The translations under genes were made by a program, and so were the position numbers. The notes under the pieces are model-generated. The model was not told where the DNA came from, searched no databases, and saw only the letters and a program-made list of their open reading frames with translations. A DNA stretch of 64,000 nucleotides, taken from NCBI GenBank assembly GCA_030141605.1, contig JAQGDQ010000033.1, positions 737,214 through 801,213 on the forward strand. The letters run 5' to 3'. Numbering within the stretch: position 1 is the stretch's first letter; every line of letters starts with the position of its first letter. This DNA is from Tubiluchus corallicola (taxonomy: Eukaryota > Animalia > Priapulida). Below, one piece after another: positions 1-50,936 of this stretch.

Positions 1-125
1 CGCCACGTCTATTGTAGACATTGGGCAGGCAGAATTCTAAAATAAAAGAAATCTGCCTTACACAGGTAAACGCAGCAGTAAGAAACTAGACACTGCTACG
101 CCAATGGCTTGTCAGCACCACTTCC
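1..125 (+). repeat. Dispersed repeat, second copy at about 40735-40875
   Basis: Shared TAGACATTGxGCAGGCAGAATTCTAAAAT..AGAAATCTGCCTT..AAACTAGACAxTGCTAxGCCAATGGCTT..ACTTCC. Confidence 0.85.
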
Positions 126-1184
126 GATTAAAAACACAGTGCGCTTGATTTATAAAACGCAAATACAAGAAATCTTTAAATTGCTGTTTCCGTAAATTCA
201 CGTTGAATGTAAGTTCCTAACTCTCCATGCTTTCATCGTCCGTTATAATAATAAGCGAACCTGAGCAAACCATGAAGCACAGAATACTAATAATCATTAT
301 TACGCAATTATTACAAATTTAATAATATTAAACTTGTCTTGTTTTTCAATCTAATATCCTTTATTTTTCACGTCTTTTAGATTTTCATACGCGCTGCTGC
401 GTACGTAATGAGTCCATATTTGTTCTCACTAAAAGAGATTTACGCTCTATACTGCATCATGCAACACGCTAATTTATTTTAATTTATTAAACCGTCTTTT
501 AGAATTTCTTCACGAATCACCACACATAATGATTTATCTTTGTAATTTGTTCAATCATGTTTTGTCCATTTTAATAGCGTCTTCATCAGCATAAATACAT
601 GAATTAATTACATAATTTATGATTAGTTAATAGTTATGTGATTTAACAGATTTGTCAATGCAATCAAGTAAAATTAATTCCTCTCAAGATGTATAAAGCA
701 GTATACATGTGATAAAATTTCACGACAGACAAAAAAATTAAAGATACAGAATACGAATATAAAATTAGCTTTATTGCTCAAGATCTCAAGCCGAATGGCA
801 TGTGGATAGACTTTTGTATAAAACTAGCAAGCCTACAGCATTCACCTTTACAGACAAAAAGCCAAATTGGAATAATTGCATTACCGCATGCGTTCTGTTT
901 TATACATGTCCATTTGCATTACTGGGCTTCTCAATCATACCCATTAGTAACATTTCGGGATTGGTCAAAATCTGCCTTCGTAACATTAATTATTATTATT
1001 ATTTGCGCACCAGACGTCGTTTGAGTACTGGCATTGTAGGCCACGCGATTTACGCATCCCCAATTCTCTCATGCTCAAATGTCCCTATACCCAAGCTCTT
1101 TGGCCTGAGTGGCCATACACTGTACTCAAAGTATACCCAAGTATTCATACTCAAGTATCCCGTGCCTAAATGCCATGTTCCTTC

Positions 1185-1300
1185 TCAGACACCATTTAAA
1201 ACTATTGACAAATAGTGCATCAACAGCTGCAACTGGTAATTTGTTCCAAGAGTTGACGATACGGGGCGTAACAAACGGGATCGAATATTGGTTCGTGTAA
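1185..1300 (-). mobile_element. Short CR1-like LINE 3' remnant
   Basis: Reverse-strand frame PRIVNSWNKLPVAAVDALFVNSFKWCL resembles the CR1 ORF2 terminal WNxLP..VNSFK motif. Confidence 0.6.
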
Positions 1301-3387
1301 ATAGTTTGGAGGAATGTCCACGGAGTTGTCTAGGAAAGTGTGAAGAGAAATCTTTCCGGAAGATGGGTAATGATCCCTCGGTAATCCTAGCCTTGACAAT
1401 TTTGTGGGAATTGATGAGAACAACATCTCTGTCTCCGCTATTCTAAAGTTGATATCGTAGAAAGGTCAGCATCCTCAGCTACTTGAACACATCGGTTGTG
1501 TTTTTTTCCAGTTCAGAGCGGAATACTGCTCTACAAGACTACTAAAATTTACACACGAATTGCACAACAGCTTTATACAGTGAAATGATTCCTGGATGTG
1601 ATACAACGTTTAATCGTACCAATATGTTGAATTACTTGTGAAATAATATTTCTTATTTAAGCGCTCCAGTTTAAGCCATTCGTTATTGTAGCACCAAGAT
1701 CTTTTATAAAATAGATTATCCACAATCTTTAAGATAATGTGGAGTTCAACTCTTAGAGCGGATACACAAAAGATGGCTTTTTGTTAAGTTCCAATAATCA
1801 TTCTTCACACCGTCTTTCAATATTGTGAAGGTTAAATTGTATATATATATATATATATATAAACAAGGCTAATCATATGTATAATATATATGCCTACTAG
1901 ATGGACAAGCACAACAAAAGTGTATAAAATGTGTGCAATGTGTGAGTTTAAGATGCTAATAAGTATAAATTAGTATATTTAAATACAATAAACTGTATTT
2001 TATATGGTTTCAGTAAACTAACAACCGATAAACATTTCATATTAAATTGCCTGCTGTACGTGTAATCTGTGACATAGGTTCAGTTGTAAATTTACATGAC
2101 ACGTTCAGTGAAGTTTAAAAAAGTCGGTTTTGTTTGCACAAAATTTCTGTTGTTTCGTTGTTTAAAAAGTTTTTGCAACGAACTAACTGCTGTAAGGTCG
2201 TCACTTAAAACATTTCAGCAGTTCCCTACCAGTGTACAAGTACATAAAACAGCTGGGTGCCAAACCGCTGTGACTCCTTGTTTTTATACAACTATAGTAA
2301 ACTAAATAACTTTTCGACACGACATGTAAACAACTCCAAATACTGCATGCCCTGCAACTTTTTTGCAGCATCAGCAATGGTGGGTTAAATTTAACTGCAA
2401 ATTAATTTATAAACGGCTGGCAACGACAAAATACGCAATAAAAACTTACAAACGCAAGTGTTGTAATTCAGGCAATGGGACCTGACAAAAAATTCGCAAT
2501 CCACAAATCCAATACGTATTATCCATACCCAATACGTATTACGCAATAACCGAGCACACTGTTTTCAAAGCTATATACCTACATGTACTAGTGCTTGATG
2601 CCTTCTCTTTTATGAGTTCGCATTGTATTAGCAATAAACCATATTCGCTAATATGGTGTTATATAGCGTATTTGATTAAGCATGCTTTTTGATTATCCTT
2701 GCAGCCTAAGCCGAAGATTAACTTGCGTAATTGACAGCAGCTCTGAGCACACTATAAGCATAATTATAATAACACATATTACATTCTTCCTTGTTTTTAC
2801 ATTTTTGGGTTGAATTAAAATTTAACGTAGTTACGGTCACGTGTGAAAGCAAAACAAGAATTTGCTAACTTCCGTTGCCTTTTAATTTTATTCAATGCAT
2901 ATGAGTTTTACAGACTATTAATGACGTGCACATGAAACACAACATATAAGTAGATTTTCTTGCTTATAAAGGCATGTTTTAAATTATTGAGAAAGTTCAA
3001 ATAAAGTTCTCATTCTTGCTTTGTATAATGCATGACTGACAGTATATCACAACTGACGCTATTCATATCCACAATGTACTACACATGTATGAAATAAAAT
3101 AAAGTCAAGTTATCAATTCATGCAGTAATAAACTGTTGTTTTAAGGACCATTGTCACTACCTTGAAAGAATGCAGACATTAAAACCACGCATATTACAAT
3201 AAAGATGCGTATTAAATGTGATAAACATTATAAATGTTTCAATTTTAACACAGCAGTGTGCATTTGTAGAGTACTAGCAAAATCGCAGTCATTTTTGTCT
3301 TGTCCACTCCCTAGATACCGTCTCTTCTGAATATTAAAAATTTCTAGTTTGTCTGCATATCAGAGATTCCTTGGAGCTGCTGAGAAG

Positions 3388-41293
<37,906 letters not shown>

Positions 41294-44044
41294 CGTTCTC
41301 ACTAGCGACTACATACCTGTAAAACCAACGAGTTTAACGCACGCATATGTAGTACTATATAGTATATAGATATGTATTACATAATAGAAAGTATTGATAT
41401 CGATATAGGGCTATCCAAGAGTTATAGTTTACAGTATTTCCATCCCCGTCATATGTTTTGTTGGTGATTTCGCTTGGATTCTCTCGGATTTCTTGAAAAT
41501 TCGCATAATTCGCACAGACCGAACACACATAATTCTTAATCAGATTACCATAAGCCGTATATATAATTTTAGTGCTCAAGCAGGATCAGAACAAAGTGCT
41601 GTTGCAAAAATACTATTAGAATAAAATATAATAATAATAAACAACTCATGCGATAAACATGAAGTTGGTATGAGTAAATATAAAAATGATCATAGGGTAC
41701 TTTACCGATTTGACTTTTGTGTTGATGATAATACAGTTCAATTATCTCATGTTTAGTGTCGATTAAACTGAGTATAGGATTTAGTATTGCCAAGCGTGAG
41801 GAGTTTCGTGTTTTGATGTTTAATTGTCAATTCGGGATTCCTGTTTTTTCAAATTATTCCTATTCCATTTCCTCCACATGGGATGCTTAAAAAGGCACTG
41901 AACTGACAGAGATGCTTTAACGACCTTTCGATCCCTAGCGTACATTTTCTTTCAACAAAATAAATAGCCGAACTGTGTGGCAGATAAAACTGTGTACCAT
42001 CCAGCAGTATTTCTTCTGGCGTCGTACATATTTATTTACAGCCTGGGCTCTACAATACTTAACTTCGGTTGCTAATCATAGATCGTGGCTTGTTGCTCCC
42101 AGGCTATTCTCGTTTTTTACAAAGCTAGTCTGCAATACTCCTTTCGCTTGCATTAGCGTACTGTAATTATACCTCAGTCAGTACTTTGGCCCCGCAAACA
42201 CAAGTTTAACTGACAATCTTCTTTCCTTAAACTTGAAATATTATATGTACATACGACTCCATCTATACACAACGCCAGACCACAATAATGATACCCTCAC
42301 CCGTGCAATACTTAAAAACATCCAAATATTGCATCCAAGAGAAAGAAAAACATTTGTCGACTTCTTCCCAAACACACAACGTGAACGATAAAACTTATGA
42401 TCGGGCTAGTTAATATACATTAATTATCTTTGTCAAAAATAAATAAATGTATATATAAATAAGTAAATAAATTAGTAAATAAAAAAATTCATTTTTGTTA
42501 CATTTTCAAATGAAAATTCAAAGAGAAAATTCCCGCGTGAGGTGCTGCACAACATAGCTTCATAACACAGTGAGGTTGTAAAATCACCGGTCTACGTATT
42601 ATGCTACAGATTATGGATAAATCGTATGCGCTAAATTGCCTATGAATACAATCGCACTGTTTCACGCACAACACTAAGATTATTTAAATAATGTTAGTAG
42701 TTTGGAGTACTTACCGTTGAGTTTTTGCTCTTTACAAACAAACCCAATCTGTACTAAACATACATAAACGTTTTTTAACTTATTAGATTTGTGCTTCTAA
42801 TAGAAAACTTCCATAATATAATACTTTGCTGCCGTATGCACATTTACTTGTCGAAAGGGCAATTACAAAATCTAGTTATTTCAACCTTTAAACAATAGCT
42901 AAGACGCACGCTTATAACAATTTTTAAAATTTTGCGACAAAACGAAAAATCATTAATGAGTGGTTCTCAGTTATTAAAGTTACGTAGTTCGACTTTGGAA
43001 GCGTAATTATACGAAACACTGGTCGGATGTGTTTGAGCTTTCTATTGATTTGCTTTGTCTCTACGCAACAAGAGAAGTCTTTTATATGACCAGGCGTTCA
43101 TTATTTGCGGAAATACATAAATCATTCAAGTAATTAATTACCCGTTAGACAACATCAAGATTAATTTTGCATTGTCAGCATCACATTCCGCTGCATCATT
43201 CATACTTATTTCAGATAGCAATTTCGGCTTTAATTTCGAGTTTGTATTTGATGTTATTAGAGCATGACGTAAAAGTGATTCAAGTTATAACAAGACTGAA
43301 TGAATTCAGATTCAAATCCGCGAGCGTAACGCCGTGACCATGTTTACACTTGATTATACATTGGTTAACTCACGTCAGTGCTTGTAGATTATTAGTGTGT
43401 CTAACTAGTGTGCACTGTGCTTGGTGCAAGGGCTTTGTGTTAATTACATCACTTGATCTGGCCTAGCCTGGCCCACTTTTGAAAAATACTTAACTCACAT
43501 CTACACCTACACGGTTACCCACACAAGAGTCAACCTTGCAAGTTTTCTGAGTCTAGTTACTATAGTTTTAGAGTTGTTCACATGTTATCCATTTTGGCTC
43601 CTATCTCGGACCCCCTTAAAGAATCCCAACTTTTTAAAACTCCATACATATTACGATACCTAAATACATATGAAAAATTATCTCAAAGCCCTAAGAGTTG
43701 AATGGCAATCGAAAACGTGACCGATCCAGTATCCTGGTCCTCCTGGACTCTTCGACAAAGATCATTATTCACTACACCAATTTCAAAGCACCTACTCTGT
43801 ATGTCTACCCTACGAGTTTCGTACTTCAGCTCTCTGCGTTTGTAAGTTAACATGAATTAAGCGGTGTCCCGGAAACTGGATGCTTAACAAAATGAAAAAT
43901 GAAAAAAAAATTGCGTATGGCGATCCGCGAGTTCCCACGGCCTAGCGATCACCGATAACGATGTTAAAATTGTGCAATAAACCGTGCTTGTTAGATTAAG
44001 AGTTAGCTCGAATACAAAAATTCTGACTGAATGATTTTAAGTGT

Positions 44045-44410
44045 AATTTGGACTTAGTTTGACTGGATTGGATTTTATTAGACTGGATTAGATTATATTA
44101 ATTTAAATTTGTTTGACATTGAACAGGATTGGACTGTATTGGACAGGTCTGGATCGGATTGAACTGGACTAGACTAGACAAGATAACCCTAGATTAGATT
44201 AGAGTGGATTATATTATATTAGTTAGTAAAGCAGACAAGAATAGATGCAATTGGGTCTGAGCTAATCTAAGCAGAGCAGATCTAGCCTTATTGTATTAGA
44301 CTAGACTAAGTTAGACTTGATTAGAACAGCTCAGTTTAAGATGATTACTGATTTATTTTTCCTTGGCTCAAGGATTAATTAGGTTGGTCTACTTTGGATT
44401 AGGATAACTT
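44045..44410. repeat. Degenerate pentamer satellite (GGATT/AGATT/GGACT/AGACT)
   Basis: 5-bp periodicity visible through the segment. Confidence 0.8.
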
Positions 44411-45859
44411 TATACGCAGTTAGATAAAGTGTGACCGAATTCCCATAACAGTCGTTTGCTATATTTCTCAAAACAACAGTAATTAATCATATCAGTTTAA
44501 ACTCACAATCAACTTCGAACCCGAGCAGTGAACCTATAGATATATATTTATATATATATAACTATACATCAGCATAGTTCTTGATGGCAATGGGCGCAAT
44601 TCTTTGGTTGTTAAGTTCACAATAGAATCTTTTTTATTTACCTCCAGTTTTTATTTTATTTATTTTTTATTATTAAGTGCTTTTGTTTTTTTAATAACTT
44701 GCAAACACAAGTTAGGTCGCGCAGCTCACACAGCACACTCCCCACGCAAGAAGATTTATATTTTGATACGTGTGACTCGTCACCTTCTTGTGAAATGTCA
44801 CAGAGGTTTCTTGTTTTATTGTTAGGCTGGATCTCTTCTAGAGTTTTTTTTTGCACTAGGCCACAATTTTTGATGTGTGGTTAGGTTAGGTCATTTATTT
44901 AAGATCAAGCATTAGTCACGACTTTGAATATTAATAAAATCTGTGACATAATAATATTATTATTATTATTATTCGAGTCTACTCGTTTTTAATAGTGCAC
45001 CTTATTATTTAAGATAGTGCACCATTCAAGATTGAATATTATGATGAATGAGTATACTCTACTATTCAAGTCTGGTGTGCATAGGAGTTGAGGCAAATAC
45101 TTGAGGATCCAAGCTAAATCAAACAGTGAACAGGACAGGAGCATCCACGGAACCGAAACTCATTGTGACCACTCTGGAAACTTGATGAGAGACTGGAACA
45201 TGGCACGAGTTATAAAATTCGATTTAGTTACTTTACTTTTTTACTTTTCCAGCATCACAAGTGAAGTACACCTTTATATCTTTCCGAGGAATGAGGTGCA
45301 TTCTACTGGTTTAATAACGTGAAAGCGAAGATCATTGATAGTGCGCTGAATCGCCAATGTGATGTGCTGTATCATGTATGCAAAATGTATTATCTATTGA
45401 AAAGTTAGTATAAAATTCTTTGTCAAATTGCATTTTTGCGATAGTTAAGTTAATGTTGATTTATACTAGATGTAGTGCTACATTTTTTTCAAAATTTATA
45501 ATACTGATAAAATTATTGTTTTTTAATGTGTCCTTTGTTACTGAAATGTAGAATTGCCAATGTTTTATGTGATCAAGATTTGCTCAATAAAACCGAATTG
45601 AATTGGATTGATGACGGATGTTTTGTCATTCATTCCACGTCTTGCAGCGCTGAGCGGGAGCTCGTGACTGTAAACATTGGGCAGTGAGAATTTTAAAATC
45701 ATTTTCTAACGTGAATCATCAGAAATTCAGGATTGTGCAATAACACCTAGCATAACTTAAAAAAGGAGTAACCTGGTGCGTTGTAAGGTAAAATATCTGT
45801 TTTTACCACAACACAAGTGAAACAAGAATCAAAACAGGGCATCTTTTTTTTCTCATTTG

Positions 45860-48350
45860 CCAGGATATCAGTTTATGATATTGGACATGATTCAGATACA
45901 AATGCAGGCGGTGTAGGCATGTACATAAAAAAATCGATCAATTTTACTGAACTACCTGAATACCAGATCACAAATCCGAGAAATACTGTCACAGACACTA
46001 AAGATAAAAACAAATTATTGGGGTCATTTATAGACACCCAAACACTAACATGGACCAGTTCCAATACGAACTTGAACACAAAATGACGTTAGTAAATAAC
46101 GCAGATAAGTTGAGCTATATATATGCGGTGACATAAATGTAAATTTGCTACAAACCAATGAAAGGCCATTAGTTACAAATTACATGAATATGCTGTTCTC
46201 AAATCATTTTATGCCCATCATAACCAAATCCACAAGAATAACTGAAACTACTAACACTTTGATTGATCATATTTATACTAACGACCTAACCAATACTATA
46301 ATACCAGGTATATTATTGTATCAAGTAGCAGATCATCTGCCAGTATTTGCAATAGTGAAACACACAAAAATTATGGCAAAAACAAATAAAATTGTAGTTA
46401 GCAACTATCGAAACTCTACTGAAATAAACTTTTTAGATGACCTAACATCGCAGTTGACTAATATAAATTTTGATGACTTAGATTCCAATGAAAGTTTTAA
46501 TTTATTCAATGAAACTTACTGCAATATATTCAGTAATCATTTTTCATTAAAAAATTATCTAGAGAAGAGACAACAACATTTAGCAAGCCCTGGATAACAC
46601 CAGGAATTCTAAAAAGCATTAAAATTAGATCACAACTATATAAAACTAACAAACAGTATTATACAAACAAACTTACTACAAAAATGTTCAAATAAACTAA
46701 ATCCTATTAAAGAACTATCTAAGAAAAACTATTATTCTGAATTTTTACAGAAAAATAAAAATAACATGAAAAAACGTGGTAAGCAATTAACAGTATAATA
46801 AAAAATAACTCAAAATGACACAACATGCCAGGAAAATTAATAATAGACAACATCGAGTATACAGATTCACAAGACAAAAGTGAAAAATTAAATGACTTCT
46901 TTGTCAATGTAGGTCCCAGTATGGCTGACAAAATACAGAAAACTGATATAACGTTCAATACATTCTAAAAAATCCAAATCCTAGCACATTTTTTATTACA
47001 CCAATTACAGACATAGAAACAATTGACACAATAAGCAAATTAAACGTAAATAAATCACGTGGGCCCCAAACCATTCCAATATCATTTTACAAATCTGCAA
47101 GTAACATAATTGCAACAATATTGACTAAATTATTTAACAAATTGATCATCAGTGGCACATTTCCTGAAGTTTTAAAAATAGCAAAAGTTTCACCAGTATT
47201 AAAGGCTGACTCCCCGTATAATCCCAGTAACTATAGACCAGTATCACTGTTATCACCGGTATCAAAAGTCTTTGAAAACTTAATATACAACAGATTGCAC
47301 AAATTTATCATCTTGTGACTTGCGGAATATTCCTAGACTTATCAAAGGCTTTTGATACAGTACAACACAACATACTATTCACTAAATTGCAGCACTATGG
47401 AATAAGAGGTCTTCCTCTAAAATTATTTGAATCATACTTGACTAATCGAAAACAATATATTTCCATTAACAATAAGCCATCATCTTTTAAAAATATAATG
47501 TGTGGTGTTCCACAGGGATCTAATTTAGGACCACTTTTGTTCTTACTTTACATCAATGATTTACCAGATGCTACTAATTTTCGCACAAAAATATTTGCAG
47601 ATGATACAAATTTGTTTATGTCCCACCCTGATACCATTGAATTAAATAAACTGGTTAACAATGAACTAAATAAGATAGACAAATGGATGAAAGCCAAATG
47701 GTTATCAATTAATTTTAAAAAAACTAAATTTATGCTAATTAACAAAAAAAAACGCCAATCAAACTTTTCATGTAAAAATAAACAATAAGAAAATAGATGA
47801 AACAGAACACATAAAATATCTAGGCATATTAATTGATAAAAAGCTGTCATGGGAGCACACATCAAACATATCACATACAAGCTAAGTCGCATATCGGGAA
47901 TCGTATTAAAACTAATGAAATATGTTAATCAAGCAACCCTAAAACTCATATACCAAGTTACTGCATTTTGGCCTGGGGAACACTGAAAACGTTAAAAACA
48001 CAACAAAACAAAATCGTCAAACTAATAACATTTGCTGGAAAATCTGATCATGCCACTCCATCATTCATACAATTAGAGGTACTAAAACTTCATGACATTT
48101 ACAATTTAGAATTACTAAAATTTACGTGTAAATATAAATGGGGTTTCCTACCCGATATTTTTGATGATCATTTTACACCATTTACAGAAGTACATTGTCA
48201 CTATACCAGGGCTGCTAGTAGTGACTGTTTTTTGTAGAGAGATTCCAAACCAGGTGCAGATGTAAAAGTGTTAAGGCAAAGAGAGTTGAATTATGGAACT
48301 CTCTACCAAGAAACATCACTACCGGCCCCATAAATACCATCACTAAAAAT
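45860..48350 (+). mobile_element. Decayed CR1-group (CR1/Crack/L2-like) LINE ORF2 with APE endonuclease and reverse transcriptase
   Basis: APE motifs GGVGMYIK, YICGDINVNLL, TLIDHIYTN, DHLPVF; RT motifs NYRPVSLLSPVSKVFE, IFLDLSKAFDTV, GVPQGSNLGPLLFLLYINDL, FADD; broken by several stops and frameshifts. Confidence 0.95.
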
Positions 48351-49156
48351 TACAAAACACCTTGCTTCTTTTCAAACACACAATCAGGCATCATGCCACT
48401 AAAAAGTCAAACTTTGCACAATATCTATTTCACTCAATCTGTCACATAGGCATGATTAACATGATTGTTGTTGTTTTTTTACTTTTTTGTGATGGACTAC
48501 TTATACTTATAAGACAAAGCATCTGGTATTCAGATGTGTGATTAGTGAGATGAGTTGAGTTGTTAAACATTAGTTACACTGCAAGCCAACAGGATTGAAA
48601 CACCAATAGAGGAATAAAGAATAACTAAAAAAATAGGAGTTATTTGCTTCCTAGACGAATTTAAAAACTGTGTTTTGGACTTAAGTGGCCCTTTTGGACA
48701 CATTTGAGTGGGCCCCTTTTATAAGCTTTTACGATAGGAGTTTTAGATCCAGTCCGACACTGTGTATCTGTCCCAGGCCAGGTTGGCCTCAAATGCAGTA
48801 AGATGCTTTGTGGGCTTAGCTCATTATCATAATCTCCATTCCTATTACATATAAAAAGAGTGCACACAAAAGAGATTAGAGATGGTAATGGTGAAATTGA
48901 GATAAGTGTCGTACTTACTGGTCCTATTAGGTTGAAGCCTGGTTGTAAACTTTGCATCCCCTGCACCATTTATTTTGTGTCAAAAATCTGCCATAGTACA
49001 TGCCAAAAGTTACGTTTATTTTAAGAAAATAAAACAGAGGCTGTCACAAGATAAAATGTGAAGAGAACAAGGCTTAGACAATCACACCTGTATTTCATTG
49101 AGTTAATAAATCTTGTTTAATTTTAGGTTACCAATTGACAAATTTCTATCTGAGGT

Positions 49157-49544
49157 ATGTCTTCGACATCGCAGAAACACCGCAATTTTGTTGCGGAGCC
49201 AATGGGTGACAAGCCTGTGTTTGAATTAGCTGGCATTGGTCAAGTGTTAGGTGACAGACTCAAAGAAAAGGGATTTGATAAGGTTAAGTATTTGATTTGA
49301 TTATTTCTGTTATATCTTTTTGGTGTTTTGTTAGGTAAAATTGAAATATATGCATCACCTTAAATGCACACTTTTATGCATTAATTGTTTTTTACAGGCT
49401 TACATTGTATTAGGACAATTCCTTTTGCTGAGGAAGGATAAAGAACTATTTTCAGATTGGCTGAAAGATACCATACAGGCCAATAAAAAACAAGCAAATG
49501 ACTGTTGTCAGTGCCTTAGTGATTGGTGTGATTCATTTCTTTGA
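49157..49544 (+). CDS. BANF1: Barrier-to-autointegration factor (BAF), 90 aa, two coding exons 49157-49282 and 49398-49544
   Basis: [42 protein letters not shown]|[48 protein letters not shown]; recognisable BAF sequence; phase-0 GT-AG intron 49283-49397. Confidence 0.98.
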
Positions 49545-50393
49545 AGTCATTTTTGAATATTTCTAACTGGCAACACTTGCCGAGAGAGATTTTAGCATTA
49601 CCGAAGTTTTTAGAAAATGGATAAAGTATAAATTTGGTCACTATAGTTCTTCTAAAAAACGTGCTAATGTCATTAGTTAGAAAGCAATATTTTAAAGCCA
49701 ATGTTTAATTTTGCTTGTAGACACATGCAGATAGATGGTAAATTTGAAACTTTTCTGGGCTAGCCAGTGCAGAATGATATATCTATGTAAATCTCTTTTA
49801 GTTTACGTTTATTAAATATATTTAGCTGTTATCTGCTATATATTAGTGTACAGATGTAGAATGGTAGTAGATTTGGTATGTTGCATTATCATTTACATGC
49901 AAACTTTATTGTATCTGGATAGGAACTACAAAATAACTGGATTCACATCATGAAAAGCCAACTTGTTCTTTGAGGGTGCCCTTCAGTTTTTTGCTGATAA
50001 GCTGTATGGAAACAAAAAAACACGAATTTAGATGCAAAAATGTCTGTAGTACTCAGTAGTAGTCCTTTCGCAAAATGTGTTGTTACAAAAAGTATTAAAT
50101 GTATCTTTAATAGATTTTTCAAATTAAAACACAATTTTCTAAATTTTGACTAAATAGTCGCAAAATTGATTTTTGTTACCGAGTTATTTATGCTAAATTT
50201 TGCTTAGCATAAATAGTTTAGCCTACTAATGAGTCAACATATTTCATTCAAAATTTTCACTTTTGCAAAAAGTCCATCTGGTGTACATCTGCCTTTTTAT
50301 AGTGACCAATATTTTTAAAGTAACCAACTTCTAAGCTATTCGTGTTAGTTTAATTCACAAGCTGTAGTGAAGCTATATCACCATATCAGTATG

Positions 50394-50936
50394 CAGTGGT
50401 GGCTCGTAGCTAAAATTACTAGGGGTGCTGCTTCAGAAAATTTTTAGCCATTGTTTTAGTACTGTGTAAAGTGAAACAAACATATGTAATTTTAATGTTG
50501 TAATTTGTAATTGTAACTTTAAATAAATAAGCATACAAAAAGTTATACATAAACTTGATAAAATCTTAAACAAAAAATATTGTTTGTTTACAAATAGCCG
50601 AAATTTTCACAGTTCAAGAGTATTGCTGCCACACGGCTTTTAAGCACATAACAACTGACAACACACACTGCGTGAGTGACAGTACTCTTTCTTCCTAAAG
50701 TGCAGTGTCTTATTTCAGACAAGGCCACATGCGCACAACAGCCAAATACCACGTTGCTTGAGTTGCGAGCGCACTGTGCTGGGCTATAAAGCAAACAGTA
50801 CTACTCTCACATGCTCTGGCCATACAAGTATAAAGAAAGAACTAAAGAAAAAAACATTGTATTGAATATTATCAATACTATTGTGTGAAAAAAGGGGTGC
50901 TGCAGTTCTACACTACATATACACGAGCCGCCACCA
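50394..50936. mobile_element. Non-autonomous DNA transposon (hAT-like MITE)
   Basis: Terminal inverted repeats CAGTGGTGGCTCGT and ACGAGCCGCCAC; subterminal AGGGGTGCTGC repeated near both ends; no clear target-site duplication. Confidence 0.6.

Noticed and set aside
800-1215. ORFs of 74 and 137 aa
   Set aside because: No recognisable domain; they overlap an imperfect inverted repeat (about 1020-1130) and a LINE remnant.
42780-43420. RFX X-box upstream of the putative ciliary annexin gene
   Set aside because: Only partial matches (for example GTGACCATGTTTAC); not convincing by eye.
45860-48350. Functional or domesticated reverse transcriptase gene
   Set aside because: Multiple stops, frameshifts and internal deletions indicate a dead copy.
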